NCBI GenBank assembly: GCA_963713855.1
Contig: OY970209.1
Location: forward strand, 1,280,001-1,344,000
Origin: an uncultured bacterium
GTDB lineage: Bacteria; Babelota; Babeliae; Babelales; Babelaceae
Direction of reading: 5' to 3'
Length of the DNA: 64,000 nucleotides
Part shown: piece after piece, positions 30,239 to 39,909 of the stretch
How positions within the stretch are numbered: the first letter of the stretch is position 1
Layout: every line of letters begins with the position of its first letter
Made by a program: the position numbers and the translations under genes
The notes under the pieces: model-generated
The model's database searches: none
Told to the model about the DNA's origin: nothing
The model's input: the letters and a program-made list of their open reading frames with translations, nothing else

Positions 30239-30245
30239 CGTTCTA

Positions 30246-30518
30246 ATGAGCACTAAAAATGAGCAGTCTCGTATTACACGTTCCAGCCGATATTCATAAG
30301 AAGTTTAAATCCAAGGCTGCGGCCAAAGAAAAAGTATGAGAGCCATTGTTGCAAGCTTGATAAAAGAATATACCAGTGTTAATTCCCCACAAGAGAAATG
30401 CTCTAGAGCTCACATTCCCAATGAGAGATTAAGCAAAGCTATCGAAAATGTTGAAAGCGGTAAAAATCTTGTTAGAACAAAAGACGTCAAGGATCTCCTT
30501 AAAAAGCTGAAAGCATAG
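30246..30518 (+). pseudogene. Frameshifted type II antitoxin (RHH N-terminus, RelB/DinJ-like C-terminus)
   Basis: Reconstructable across two frameshifts: MSTKNEQSRIT/VPADIHKKFKSKAAAK/MRAIVASLIKEY...HIPNERLSKAIENVESGKNLV...LLKKLKA. Confidence 0.7.
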
Positions 30519-30677
30519 TGCTACATGCTATTTTGAGAGAAACTTTAAAAGGAGGTTATAAAAAAAGCCTTAAAGCGAGGCTAAAATCTTTTTAAGATTT
30601 GGTTACTCATTTATAAAAAGAGTTATATGGAACTGATTTTGATCGATACCGGAACTCACTCAGATCTATTCAAATAA
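30518..30677 (+). pseudogene. Truncated YafQ-like (RelE superfamily) toxin
   Basis: 30600..30677 reads WLLIYKKSYMELILIDTGTHSDLFK*, the YafQ C-terminal signature. The 5' part is short and out of frame. GTG overlaps the antitoxin stop. Confidence 0.8.
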
Positions 30678-30766
30678 TTAATAGAAGATATAAGAAGAGC
30701 TACGCTGCTAGCTATTTAAAACTAAAGCAGCGCAAGGGCGCTATTTGAGGATCCTTGCGCCCTATT

Positions 30767-31108
30767 TTAAACAGCTATAAAACGAATCACAGAAACTGGC
30801 TGACGGTGACCGGCTTTACGCTTATATTTCTTACGACGCTTAAATTTAAAAACGATTATTTTAGGTCCACGCTCATGTTTGACGATAGACGCTTTTACCG
30901 GTGTTTTAAGGAATGGTTGACCAACCTCAATAACTGCTTTTCCAGCTGGATCGAGCGATTTACGAAGCAACACTTCTTCAAACACAATCTCTTGTCCAGG
31001 TTGTGCATTTAGTTTTTCAACCTCGATCGTTTTGCCGAGGATTGCTTGATATTGCTTTCCACCAGTCTTAAAAATAGCGTAAGAGTCGGCCGTTGTACTT
31101 TGTGCCAT
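30767..31108 (-). CDS. rplU: 50S ribosomal protein L21
   Basis: YAIFKTGGKQY, KIIVFKFKRRKKYKRKAGHRQP. Confidence 0.97.
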   Translation of the reverse strand: MAQSTTADSYAIFKTGGKQYQAILGKTIEVEKLNAQPGQEIVFEEVLLRKSLDPAGKAVIEVGQPFLKTPVKASIVKHERGPKIIVFKFKRRKKYKRKAGHRQPVSVIRFIAV

Positions 31109-31345
31109 GGAATATATTCCTTCGAAAGACGTATCAAATGAAACTTATTTTGCAAAAAAGCCCCTCCACAAAGCATACGCTTTGCCCAGGAAAAATCTAT
31201 AGGCAGATAAAGAGCTTTATGCCAAGGTTCCTTTCAAGATATCATAAACTCCTACTTCTGACAAATTAAAGCTCCGCGACACTGGACAAAAAACTCAAAT
31301 ACAATTATTCTCAATTGTATCATACGTAACTTTAGGAAAGTCATC

Positions 31346-32146
31346 ATGAAAGCATTCTTTACGATCCTTGCCTTGACCCATATAAGCCTAGCTCTTGGTT
31401 ACGGTTTTCCAGCCGGCACCCTTATAAGGACTACCAAAGCCCTCAAGCCTATAGAAATGATTACCCTCGACGATCGAGCAGAGTATTGTGAACCAGATAG
31501 TGTTGTAGATAACGCGCGGGTAATGAATGCGTTTAAAGTGCCACCGCAAAGATCTACAGAATTTAAGCTTGAGGGAGGCGCCTCATTTGAAGCTGCTAGC
31601 GATCATTTACTTCTCGTGGAGCGTGCAGATCACACCGGATGGCAAAGAGCCGATTCGATAAATGCTGGAGATAAGCTTATTGGCTGTGACACACAGGTGA
31701 AGGTCATTGAAAAAAGAAATTGGAAGAACCAAGATAATTTTTACGGACTATCTGCAAGTGGTCCTTCCTATTTTAACGTCGGCCCTTTTGGTATTTATGC
31801 CAACAATATGATCCAATCTGACTATGGTGACCTTCAAGAAGACATAGACAAAGCAAAAACCTCAACCGCTAAATATGCAGGGGCGCTCTTAGGCCTTTTC
31901 TTGCCAGAACTTTGTATGATGCTCTCCAAAAAGCATACTCCTCTATCGTTAAGATTGTTCATTGACGCGATTGGCGTAGCAATTGGGGCCGGGCTTTCTC
32001 ATAAGCTCTATAGATTCATTGAACAACAGTCCAATCCTCAACTTGATGAGAGCAAAATCGAGTACCTAGACCTATTGCATGATAAAAACGAAGATAAACT
32101 ACCGGACGTAGGATTGCAAAGAAGACGACCTCGCCAGCTCAACTAA
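31346..32146 (+). CDS. Secreted Hint-domain (intein-like) protein with C-terminal membrane hairpin
   Basis: Signal peptide, block A-like GFPAGTLIRT..KPIE, block B-like ASDHLL, W.RA..I..GDKL, block F/G-like FYGLSA...YFNVG..IYANN, then two hydrophobic helices. Confidence 0.75.
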   Translation: MKAFFTILALTHISLALGYGFPAGTLIRTTKALKPIEMITLDDRAEYCEPDSVVDNARVMNAFKVPPQRSTEFKLEGGASFEAASDHLLLVERADHTGWQRADSINAGDKLIGCDTQVKVIEKRNWKNQDNFYGLSASGPSYFNVGPFGIYANNMIQSDYGDLQEDIDKAKTSTAKYAGALLGLFLPELCMMLSKKHTPLSLRLFIDAIGVAIGAGLSHKLYRFIEQQSNPQLDESKIEYLDLLHDKNEDKLPDVGLQRRRPRQLN

Positions 32147-33086
32147 GAACGGTCGGCTCTTTTTGAGCTTTCACGTATACGTTTGCAACAATAGCTTGAA
32201 GATGCTCAAAGAAATAGAGCATCAGCCCTGAGAGAATAAGCCCTGCAGCTATCAACATGTTCATGGAAACCTGCTCTCCAAAAAAGCACCAACCATAAAA
32301 AGCTGCAAAGACTGGCGTTAGAAAACTCGTAAATGTCATTGTTGTTGAGCTGTACGTTTTTAAGATTGTCGCTTGTAAATGAGCGCAAATAACGTTACTC
32401 AAAACGATGTTTAATGCAAGAAGGCTCAGAAAAAGCATGCAGTCCCCCTTAAGCCAAATCGGCTCAACCGCAAAAGACAGATTATAAGAAAAGACCCCAG
32501 CAAGCAGCATACTAAACCCATTAGCTAAGAGCGGTGAAACAGCTCTATGCCTTACAAGCTTTTGCATGATAAAAAGGCTATAGCTAAAAGAGACAACCGA
32601 CGCGAGTAAAATAAAGTCTGGCAGCGTTATAGGCATTAGCAATTGGTCAATACCCTGTGCTTGTCGAACAAGCATGAGGGGTATTAATCCGCTAAAGCCG
32701 GCACAAAGCCCTAAAAGTTGTAAGAATGATAAACGCTCTTTAAGTAAATAGTAAGCAATCAACGCAGAAAAGAATGGTGTGATGTTAAAAAGAAGCGCTA
32801 TTTTAACAGCAGGTAAATATTGTAAAGCCCACACTCGTGTTATAGCCGGCACAATGACACCAAAAAAAGCAAATTGAGCTATAAGCCACCAATCTTCTAA
32901 AGAAAGAGCAGTTATAGAAATACCCTGTAACCGAGCATAGGCGCCAAGACCAAGGCCAGCAATAACCATGCGACTCCCTATAAGAAAGAACGGAGATGCA
33001 TAGGTTAAGAGTATTTTGCTTAAAGTTATCGTAAATCCCGAAATTGCATATAAGACAAAAAGCCAAATCATGTTCCTCTCCCGCAC
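32139..33086 (-). CDS. DMT/EamA family transporter
   Basis: About 10 TM helices; PFFSALIAYYLLKER and PVFAAFYGWCFFGE repeat halves. Confidence 0.9.
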   Translation of the reverse strand: MRERNMIWLFVLYAISGFTITLSKILLTYASPFFLIGSRMVIAGLGLGAYARLQGISITALSLEDWWLIAQFAFFGVIVPAITRVWALQYLPAVKIALLFNITPFFSALIAYYLLKERLSFLQLLGLCAGFSGLIPLMLVRQAQGIDQLLMPITLPDFILLASVVSFSYSLFIMQKLVRHRAVSPLLANGFSMLLAGVFSYNLSFAVEPIWLKGDCMLFLSLLALNIVLSNVICAHLQATILKTYSSTTMTFTSFLTPVFAAFYGWCFFGEQVSMNMLIAAGLILSGLMLYFFEHLQAIVANVYVKAQKEPTVLS

Positions 33087-33165
33087 CTCTTATACAGGCA
33101 ACTTTTTACGTGCGTACTTAAGAATATCTACTGCTTTCTAGAATAGCAATAAGAAAACGGAAACC

Positions 33166-34023
33166 TCAAACATCTATCTTAGTTATCTTATTATCATGCA
33201 TTTGGTTCCAGTAATGCACGGCGTAAGATTCGGGCTTTAGATGCTTACGTGAAGCACGGTGAAAGTCTCTATTTAGAGGATAAAAATACGAGGGTGGAAG
33301 AGCGATGATTTGTCCTCCAGTAATCGGCGCCCATTTGAGAAAAACGTGTGAAAAGTGAAAAACGCCAGTTCTATGTAGACGGTCACCAAGGCGCATTCTA
33401 GCAGGAATTCCTTTTATGCAAGCATCCATAATAGGATGCCCGGGCGTACACGCAATAACCGCGTTATTAAGTATAGCATCGCAATCTAAAGGACAAATGC
33501 CCGTATAAAACGTATAAAGGTGGTGTAAATCGGTAAATGATTTTAAACATTGCGAATCCATGTCCACGTATAAACCGCCATACTTATAAAGCAGTTCATA
33601 ACGAAGTATGTTTGCCTTTTCAACTGGGTCTTTTGTTTTATCGTAAGCAGCCTGATTGCGTAATTTTAATTTTTTTACTTGCTTATCAGTCCATATCATA
33701 TGCTGCCAGTCTGGATTGAGTTTCTTCCAGCCCTTATTGAGCTCCTTGTAAATTTTTGGCAATGGTTTGCCGCCAACCCAAATAGCATGTCTAATCTTAG
33801 GTATTTTAGGATCCTTTGAGGGAGGCATTTTTCTGGGATCATTTTTTTGATAGAGTGTTTTGAGATAAGCGATCGCCCTCTGATTATATTGTGACTTTCT
33901 AACCTTTTTTGCATACTCAACAGAGCCTTTGCGCATTGAAGCGTCAAAATCAACATACGGTGCTGCTTTGATAAGTGTACTAGTCAGGAATATACCACAA
34001 CTGATGACAATCACATGCTTCAT
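33166..34023 (-). CDS. Glycosyltransferase family 32 (DXD sugar-binding) with signal peptide
   Basis: KIPKIRHAIWVG, NPDW...WTD, ANILRYELLYKYGGLYVDMD, FYP, YAVHYW. Confidence 0.88.
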   Translation of the reverse strand: MKHVIVISCGIFLTSTLIKAAPYVDFDASMRKGSVEYAKKVRKSQYNQRAIAYLKTLYQKNDPRKMPPSKDPKIPKIRHAIWVGGKPLPKIYKELNKGWKKLNPDWQHMIWTDKQVKKLKLRNQAAYDKTKDPVEKANILRYELLYKYGGLYVDMDSQCLKSFTDLHHLYTFYTGICPLDCDAILNNAVIACTPGHPIMDACIKGIPARMRLGDRLHRTGVFHFSHVFLKWAPITGGQIIALPPSYFYPLNRDFHRASRKHLKPESYAVHYWNQMHDNKITKIDV

Positions 34024-34967
34024 TACTGTTCCTTACCTTTTGCCGAGATGTCCCTAACGAGATTTGCATTTAAATAATTAACTAATGCCTTTGTCGATTC
34101 ATAATTTTGATGCACCATCTTTTTACGAAACGCTATGTTTTCGGTTATCTTTTTATGTTCCTTATTCGTCAGATGACAATGCCCGGGAAAGCCGGTCTGC
34201 TTTACAAGCGTATCAATCATTTTGCAGAGAGAAGCCGGGCTGTGCTTTGCAAGAAGTTTTTTAAGCGTTTCATTATAGACTGTTAAAGCTGCCTTTTGAG
34301 CCGGCGTAAAGGTTGTTTTGTGTCGTTGTAGCATCTTTAAGTTCTTAAGTGTAATGCTTGCAAGATTTTTGCTGAACGCTAACGTAAAATCTATAGCGTG
34401 TAACCTGTCAGACTGCCGATTGTAGATCATATTGTTGCGGTGCCTATCGTCGTTGCCCAAGAAAGTATCTAAAGCTGCTATGGGCGGCAAGTCAGCATGC
34501 TTTACCATGCTTCTAATCGCGAGTAAATGAAGCCCCAATCCACTGTAAGGCTTGTCGGTCTTTCTTTGGCGAATAGTCAAATCGTCAAACCAGCTAACAC
34601 CTTTAAGCGTTGATCCAGCTATAACGCTATGAAGTGTGGCCGGCTGTTTTTGATATGACTTATACATTGAAGAATAGTGGCATGGCATGATATCAATGCT
34701 ATTACACAAAATTCCAACAGATTCCGCCACGATAGCCCCTAAAGCATCCATCGCTAAGTTATTTACATAACGCTTAGCGCCTCCAGCAAGCTGCTTTAAA
34801 AGCAACTGTTGACGATTACCTTTGTTTAAAAGAAAAGAAACCGTACTTGAAGGCTTAGGAATTTTCCTCGTAACGGACCAATCGTTATTTTTTAAAAGCT
34901 TCACCCCTCCAAAAAGAGTACTTGAGCACACCACAAAACCCAAAAGTATATATTTTGAATTCAACAT
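34023..34967 (-). CDS. Secreted HipA/PI3-4-kinase-like protein
   Basis: Signal peptide, LLLKQ, LDTFLGNDDRHRNN and AIDF. Confidence 0.75.
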   Translation of the reverse strand: MLNSKYILLGFVVCSSTLFGGVKLLKNNDWSVTRKIPKPSSTVSFLLNKGNRQQLLLKQLAGGAKRYVNNLAMDALGAIVAESVGILCNSIDIMPCHYSSMYKSYQKQPATLHSVIAGSTLKGVSWFDDLTIRQRKTDKPYSGLGLHLLAIRSMVKHADLPPIAALDTFLGNDDRHRNNMIYNRQSDRLHAIDFTLAFSKNLASITLKNLKMLQRHKTTFTPAQKAALTVYNETLKKLLAKHSPASLCKMIDTLVKQTGFPGHCHLTNKEHKKITENIAFRKKMVHQNYESTKALVNYLNANLVRDISAKGKEQ

Positions 34968-35257
34968 CAGAAACCCTCACATTTTTTTCATAACTAGGCT
35001 AGTCAATGAGAGACTGCTTTTGCAATATTTTAACATAGGTATGTGCTTTATATAATAATGTACTAGACTTATTGTCTCTTTAAAGCAAAAGACGTGCCAT
35101 CAAAAAAGCCCAATTGACCTACTGACAAGATGCATCTTAACTTTCAACTCTTCCTAAAGCCTTTAAAACCTCACCTTGCAGTTGCCCAAAGAGGTTCTTT
35201 TTGGCAAACTACAAAAGAAAGAACTTTACAAATAAGCCATAAAGACAAGGAGATATT

Positions 35258-35854
35258 GTGGCTAAAATAGACCTAGCAACGGTCCAACAGCTTCGCGAAC
35301 GCACGGGCGCCGGGATGATGGACTGCAAAAAAGCCCTCGAGCAATGCGAAGGGGACATTGAAAAAGCTATTGATGTTCTACGAAGAAAAGGGGCTGCGAT
35401 AGCAGAAAAGCGGGCTGGATACGCAACAGCCGAGGGTATCATACATGCTTATATACACCCTGGTGCGCGTCTAGGTGTTTTAGTGGAGATAGACTGCGAA
35501 ACTGATTTTGTTGCAAGAACTGACGAGTTTAAGAATTTCGCCCAGGACGTTGGAATGCAAATTGCAGCAACAAGTCCCCGTGCCATCGCGCCTGAAGACC
35601 TTGATCCAGCATTCGTAGAGCAAGAAAAAAAGATCTATAGGGAAGAACTTAAAAACAGTGGTAAACCACCCGCCGTTGTTGAGCAAATAATTGAAGGAAA
35701 GCTTAAAAAGCTCTACGTATCACTCTGTCTTATAAAGCAACCTTACGTTAAGAATGATAAACTGACCGTAGAAGATGTTTTAAAGGAGCTTATTGGTAAA
35801 TTGGGTGAAAATATCAAAATTAAGCGTTTCGCGCGCTTTGAAATTGGCAGTTAA
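35258..35854 (+). CDS. tsf: Elongation factor Ts (short form)
   Basis: LRERTGAGMMDCKKAL, EG, CETDFVA, KRFARFEIG. Confidence 0.97.
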   Translation: MAKIDLATVQQLRERTGAGMMDCKKALEQCEGDIEKAIDVLRRKGAAIAEKRAGYATAEGIIHAYIHPGARLGVLVEIDCETDFVARTDEFKNFAQDVGMQIAATSPRAIAPEDLDPAFVEQEKKIYREELKNSGKPPAVVEQIIEGKLKKLYVSLCLIKQPYVKNDKLTVEDVLKELIGKLGENIKIKRFARFEIGS

Positions 35855-35856
35855 GC

Positions 35857-36567
35857 ATGTGCAAGCAGAATGTAATACTTTTAAAACTAACGGGTGAGTT
35901 TTTACAAAATGGACACCAAGGTCCTGTCGACAGTATATATGTTCGAGAGCTTGCCCGTCAGATTAAAGCACTGCAAGCTACGCATTACTTTGGTATTGTT
36001 GTGGGTGGTGGAAATTTTTTTAGGGGAAAGCAGGAGGGACACGTTCTTGGTATGCGAGCTTATGCAAGCGACTATGTCGGAATGCTCGCAACACTTATGA
36101 ATGGCACCATTCTTCATGACTTACTTGCCCAAGAAGGTGTTGAATCGGAGCTATTTTCAGCATTGGACTGTAACGCCATTGCTCGTCCCATCTCCGCGCA
36201 AAATATTGAAAGCGCAATGAGAACAAAAGATTGTGTTATATTTGCAGGTGGAATTGGCACACCATTTTTTACGACTGATACGACAGCAATTGTACGCGCG
36301 TTACAAATGCAAGCTCGTGAAGTATGGAAAGTAACCAAAGTGGACGGAATATACACCGCTGATCCTCGACTTCATCCCAATGCCCAACGCTTTTTGCAGG
36401 TAACTTACAATGAAGTTCTTGAACAGCATCTTGAAATCATGGACGAGACGGCAATCGCTTTAGCTCGAGAGCACGGAGTTATTATTAGAGTTTTTTCTCT
36501 TTTTGCACCACAAGCACTTTTAAAAGCAGCCCACGAATCTTCTTTTGGTAGTAAAATTGTACCTTAA
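35857..36567 (+). CDS. pyrH: UMP kinase
   Basis: LLKLTGE, VVGGGNFFRG, DYVGMLAT, PFFTTDT, KVDGIY.ADP; in tsf-pyrH-frr synteny. Confidence 0.93.
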   Translation: MCKQNVILLKLTGEFLQNGHQGPVDSIYVRELARQIKALQATHYFGIVVGGGNFFRGKQEGHVLGMRAYASDYVGMLATLMNGTILHDLLAQEGVESELFSALDCNAIARPISAQNIESAMRTKDCVIFAGGIGTPFFTTDTTAIVRALQMQAREVWKVTKVDGIYTADPRLHPNAQRFLQVTYNEVLEQHLEIMDETAIALAREHGVIIRVFSLFAPQALLKAAHESSFGSKIVP

Positions 36568-36588
36568 GTTTAGACAAGGAAGACGATT

Positions 36589-37176
36589 ATGATTACGTTT
36601 AAGTTCAATGAAAACGCACCTACAAAACAATTTGAAGAAGCCGTAGCAACTGAAATGGACAAAACCGTTAAATTTTTTGAAAAAGAGCTTCTCAAAATCA
36701 GAACCGGGCGAGCGCACCCTTCTCTTTTAGAAGACATCAAAGTCTTAGCGTATGGGAATATGACCCCGCTAAAACAACTGGCTGCAGTGTCTGCCCCGGA
36801 ACCAAGCTTACTTGTTGTGCAGCCCTGGGACAAAAGTATTATGTCAGATGTTGAAAAAGCGCTTTCAACGTCCGACCTTGGCGTCACCCCACTTAATGAT
36901 GGTAACGTCATACGAATCCAACTTCCCCGCATGAGCACCCAACGAAGAGAAGAGCTTGTTAAAGGGCTTCATAAAAAGCTTGAAGAAAGCAAAGTTGCCT
37001 TACGAACTACAAGGAAAGACTTTCACACACTCATTAGGGATGCTGAAAAAAGCAAGAAAATCTCAGAGGACTACAGCAAGCGGATTCAAGATTCTCTGCA
37101 AAAGACGACCGACAAAATGATCGAAATCGCCGAAGGGCTCTCACGCAAAAAAGAAGACGAGATAAAAACGGTTTAA
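36589..37176 (+). CDS. frr: Ribosome recycling factor
   Basis: IRTGRAHPSLL, VQPWD, P.NDGNVIR, RREELVK. Confidence 0.96.
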   Translation: MITFKFNENAPTKQFEEAVATEMDKTVKFFEKELLKIRTGRAHPSLLEDIKVLAYGNMTPLKQLAAVSAPEPSLLVVQPWDKSIMSDVEKALSTSDLGVTPLNDGNVIRIQLPRMSTQRREELVKGLHKKLEESKVALRTTRKDFHTLIRDAEKSKKISEDYSKRIQDSLQKTTDKMIEIAEGLSRKKEDEIKTV

Positions 37177-37231
37177 TGTCCTTCCTTTTTAAGCGTACTT
37201 ATGGTAAATTAAGCCATATCTGAGAAGAAAA

Positions 37232-37307
37232 GGGCTGCTAGCTCAATTGGCAGAGCAACAGACTCTTAATCTGTGGGTTCTCGGTTCGAGTCCGAGGCAG
37301 CCCACCA
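37232..37307 (+). tRNA. tRNA-Lys (anticodon CTT)
   Basis: GGGCTGCTAGCTCAATTGGCAGAGCA-ACAGA-CT-CTT-AA-TCTGT...GGTTCGAGTCC...GCAGCCCACCA. Confidence 0.95.
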
Positions 37308-37319
37308 GAAGCTAGATTC

Positions 37320-37401
37320 GCAAGAGTGGCGGAATTGGCAGACGCGCTGGACTTAGGATCCAGTCCCTAACGGGGTGGGGGTTCGAGTCCCTCCTCTTGC
37401 A
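37320..37401 (+). tRNA. tRNA-Leu (anticodon TAG)
   Basis: GCAAGAGTGGCGGAATTGGCAGACGCG-CTGGA-CT-TAG-GA-TCCAG, long variable arm, GGTTCGAGTCC, ends CTCTTGCA with no encoded CCA. Confidence 0.95.
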
Positions 37402-37430
37402 GTGGTTTTGTAAAAAAGAGGGGTAGAGCG

Positions 37431-38732
37431 ATGAGGTCTGAAACGTACCTTGGTTTTTCATCATCCCGCATAGGCAACGAGCGCTCCCAAGCAACCGTCA
37501 CCGTGGGTCCCTCCTACGTTCAATCAGTGTATTCCCACCTTCTTAAGGCTCAACAGAGCGTCATCACTACTCAGGGCTTTATTAAAGGAGCAACTCCGCT
37601 CACCTATGTAGAATACGCTTTCAAAAATACCATCCTTGAGCACCTTCAAGAATTCTTTTTTACGCACTGCGTTATCAATTTCCTCTACAGCAAAATGAGT
37701 GAGCACAAAATTGAAGCTGCTGGTGAGCCTTTACTTACTCAGGTTGAACTTGATCCAACAACGGGGGGCAGGTACACCTTTGAATTTGTGCAGGTAATAC
37801 CTCCCATTAAGCATGATTGGAAGAGACTTGCTTTTAAAGCACCAACAAGAAAAAATTACAAGGATTTAGATAGGCAAGTAGAGCATTTTCTTGAAGAGGA
37901 GCAGGAACGAGCGACGAAAGATACAAAGGAAGAGATTGTCGCCGGAGATTGGATCTTTTTTAGAATGACTCTTGTTGACGATGAACGGAACAGTATACTG
38001 CCGGGACACATCGATCATGCTTGGATCAAGCTTGGTGACGAAATTATAGATAAAGAGGCTTACGAGGTGTTCTTTGGAAAGCGGGTTGGCGATAGCTTTT
38101 ATAGCTCGAACGAGCTCTTTCAAGAGTACGTCAACAACAATTTTACCATCCATTATACTTTCCTGATAGAAATCAAAGACAAGGTACCGTTCACCTTTTT
38201 CTCACTTGAGCAATTTAAAAAGCAGTTTAGGCTTAAAACGAGCCGTGAAACGCACACCAAGCTTATTGAGGTTTTTTCGTATAGAAATGATATATCACAA
38301 CGAAGGGAGACGGTCGAAGCGCTTTTAAAAACGCTTTTAAGCCGCTATCCTTTTGCAGCTCCAGTGGTTTTATCTGAGCGTCAGGAGAATCTCGTTTTAA
38401 AAGCAATACAGATGAACCCTGATTATCATGTCTATAAGGCCCAGTCTGACTTTCACTATAAAATAAAGCTCTTGGCCGAAAAACAGGTCAAAGAGCACAT
38501 TCTTATTAACCATCTGGCCTATGATGAGCATATGCAGGCAACCGATGAGGACGTTCTTACCTATTTAAACCTCACTAAGAGAGCGCGAACAAAAGAGTTC
38601 ATCTATTTTGATATTCCGACCTTTAAGGCAAAGGGGTACGAGGCTCCTGTGCCGGGAGAGCTCATACGTCATCGGTGCCTCCATGAAAAGATGCTCAATT
38701 ACGTTATAGGTTATCTTACAAAACGGGCATAA
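37431..38732 (+). CDS. tig: Divergent trigger factor-like protein
   Basis: 433 aa directly after tRNA-Leu. GFIKGATP resembles the GFRxGxxP ribosome-binding loop, followed by an FKBP-like middle and a helical C-terminus. Confidence 0.65.
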   Translation: MRSETYLGFSSSRIGNERSQATVTVGPSYVQSVYSHLLKAQQSVITTQGFIKGATPLTYVEYAFKNTILEHLQEFFFTHCVINFLYSKMSEHKIEAAGEPLLTQVELDPTTGGRYTFEFVQVIPPIKHDWKRLAFKAPTRKNYKDLDRQVEHFLEEEQERATKDTKEEIVAGDWIFFRMTLVDDERNSILPGHIDHAWIKLGDEIIDKEAYEVFFGKRVGDSFYSSNELFQEYVNNNFTIHYTFLIEIKDKVPFTFFSLEQFKKQFRLKTSRETHTKLIEVFSYRNDISQRRETVEALLKTLLSRYPFAAPVVLSERQENLVLKAIQMNPDYHVYKAQSDFHYKIKLLAEKQVKEHILINHLAYDEHMQATDEDVLTYLNLTKRARTKEFIYFDIPTFKAKGYEAPVPGELIRHRCLHEKMLNYVIGYLTKRA

Positions 38733-38737
38733 CAAAG

Positions 38738-39661
38738 ATGATTACTGAACAACTTATCATCATAGGTTCGGGGCCTGCGTCATTGACAGCAGCGATCTAT
38801 GCATGCCGCTCCGGGATTATTCCATTGGTACTCGAGGGAAAAAACCCCGGCGGCCAACTGATGACAACATCTTTTGTAGAAAACTGGCCGGGTATTAGGC
38901 GTGTTTTAGGTCCCCAGCTTATGATTAACATGCGCGCGCACGCCGAAGAGCTTGGTGCTCGCTTTGTGGCATGTGAAGTAAAAGGAGCCGATTTTTCGGG
39001 TCAACCGTTAAAGCTTGCAACTGATAAAGGAGATCATCTACAAGCGCATTCGGTTATTATTGCTACCGGCTCTGAGTCTAAAAAGCTCGGCTGCAAAGGC
39101 GAGGATACTTATTGGTCCAAGGGCGTTACCACGTGCGCTGTGTGCGATGGTGCATTTTACAAGGATAAACCCGTTATTATCGTAGGTGGTGGTGATACCG
39201 CCATGGAAGATGCTTCCTTCATGACGCACTTTACCAATGATATAACCGTTATTCATATTCTAGATAAGCTTACGGCAGCTGTAACTATGCAGCAGCGAGT
39301 TGTCAATAATCCGGATATTAAAATCATTTACAATAGTACTGTAACGGCTTTTGAAGGAAACGGTATTCATCTGACCCATGCCCTTGTTACGGATCAAAAG
39401 ACAAAAAAGGTGACGAACATTCGCTGCGATGCTGCTTTTATTGCAATAGGACTCAATCCAAATACAAAGCCCTTTGAAGGGTGTCTTGAGCTTGAGCCGA
39501 ACGGATATATCAAGGTGCATAAGCATACGCATACCTCTGTACCTGGTGTTTTTGCAGCTGGTGACGTTGCTGATTATGTCTATAGGCAAGCTATAACATC
39601 AGCTGGCACTGGCTGCATGGCCGCTCTCGATGCTGAACGGTACTTAAAGACAATTCATTGA
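38738..39661 (+). CDS. trxB: Thioredoxin-disulfide reductase
   Basis: IIGSGPA, VENWPG, CAVCDG, GGGDTAME, GVFAAGDV, YRQAITSAG. Confidence 0.95.
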   Translation: MITEQLIIIGSGPASLTAAIYACRSGIIPLVLEGKNPGGQLMTTSFVENWPGIRRVLGPQLMINMRAHAEELGARFVACEVKGADFSGQPLKLATDKGDHLQAHSVIIATGSESKKLGCKGEDTYWSKGVTTCAVCDGAFYKDKPVIIVGGGDTAMEDASFMTHFTNDITVIHILDKLTAAVTMQQRVVNNPDIKIIYNSTVTAFEGNGIHLTHALVTDQKTKKVTNIRCDAAFIAIGLNPNTKPFEGCLELEPNGYIKVHKHTHTSVPGVFAAGDVADYVYRQAITSAGTGCMAALDAERYLKTIH

Positions 39662-39767
39662 AAATTTTACGCTTTCCTTTAGAATAAGAAGATATCCTCT
39701 ATTTCCATGTAAGAAAATAGATACTGCTATTATTAATAGTTACACGTTTAGTAAAGGTTTACAGTGT

Positions 39768-39908
39768 ATGGTTAAGATTGCTAAAAAAAGCCGCAGAAAA
39801 AGAAGCCGTAAACATGGCTTTCTTCACCGGATGTCAACACGAAGTGGCAAAACAATCGTAAGAAGAAGACGAGCGAGCAAGAGAAAACGTCTTAGTGTTA
39901 CCGTCTAA
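39768..39908 (+). CDS. rpmH: 50S ribosomal protein L34
   Basis: Below the ORF-track cutoff. Translates to MVKIAKKSRRKRSRKHGFLHRMSTRSGKTIVRRRRASKRKRLSVTV*, directly upstream of rnpA. Confidence 0.93.
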   Translation: MVKIAKKSRRKRSRKHGFLHRMSTRSGKTIVRRRRASKRKRLSVTV

Positions 39909-39909
39909 A

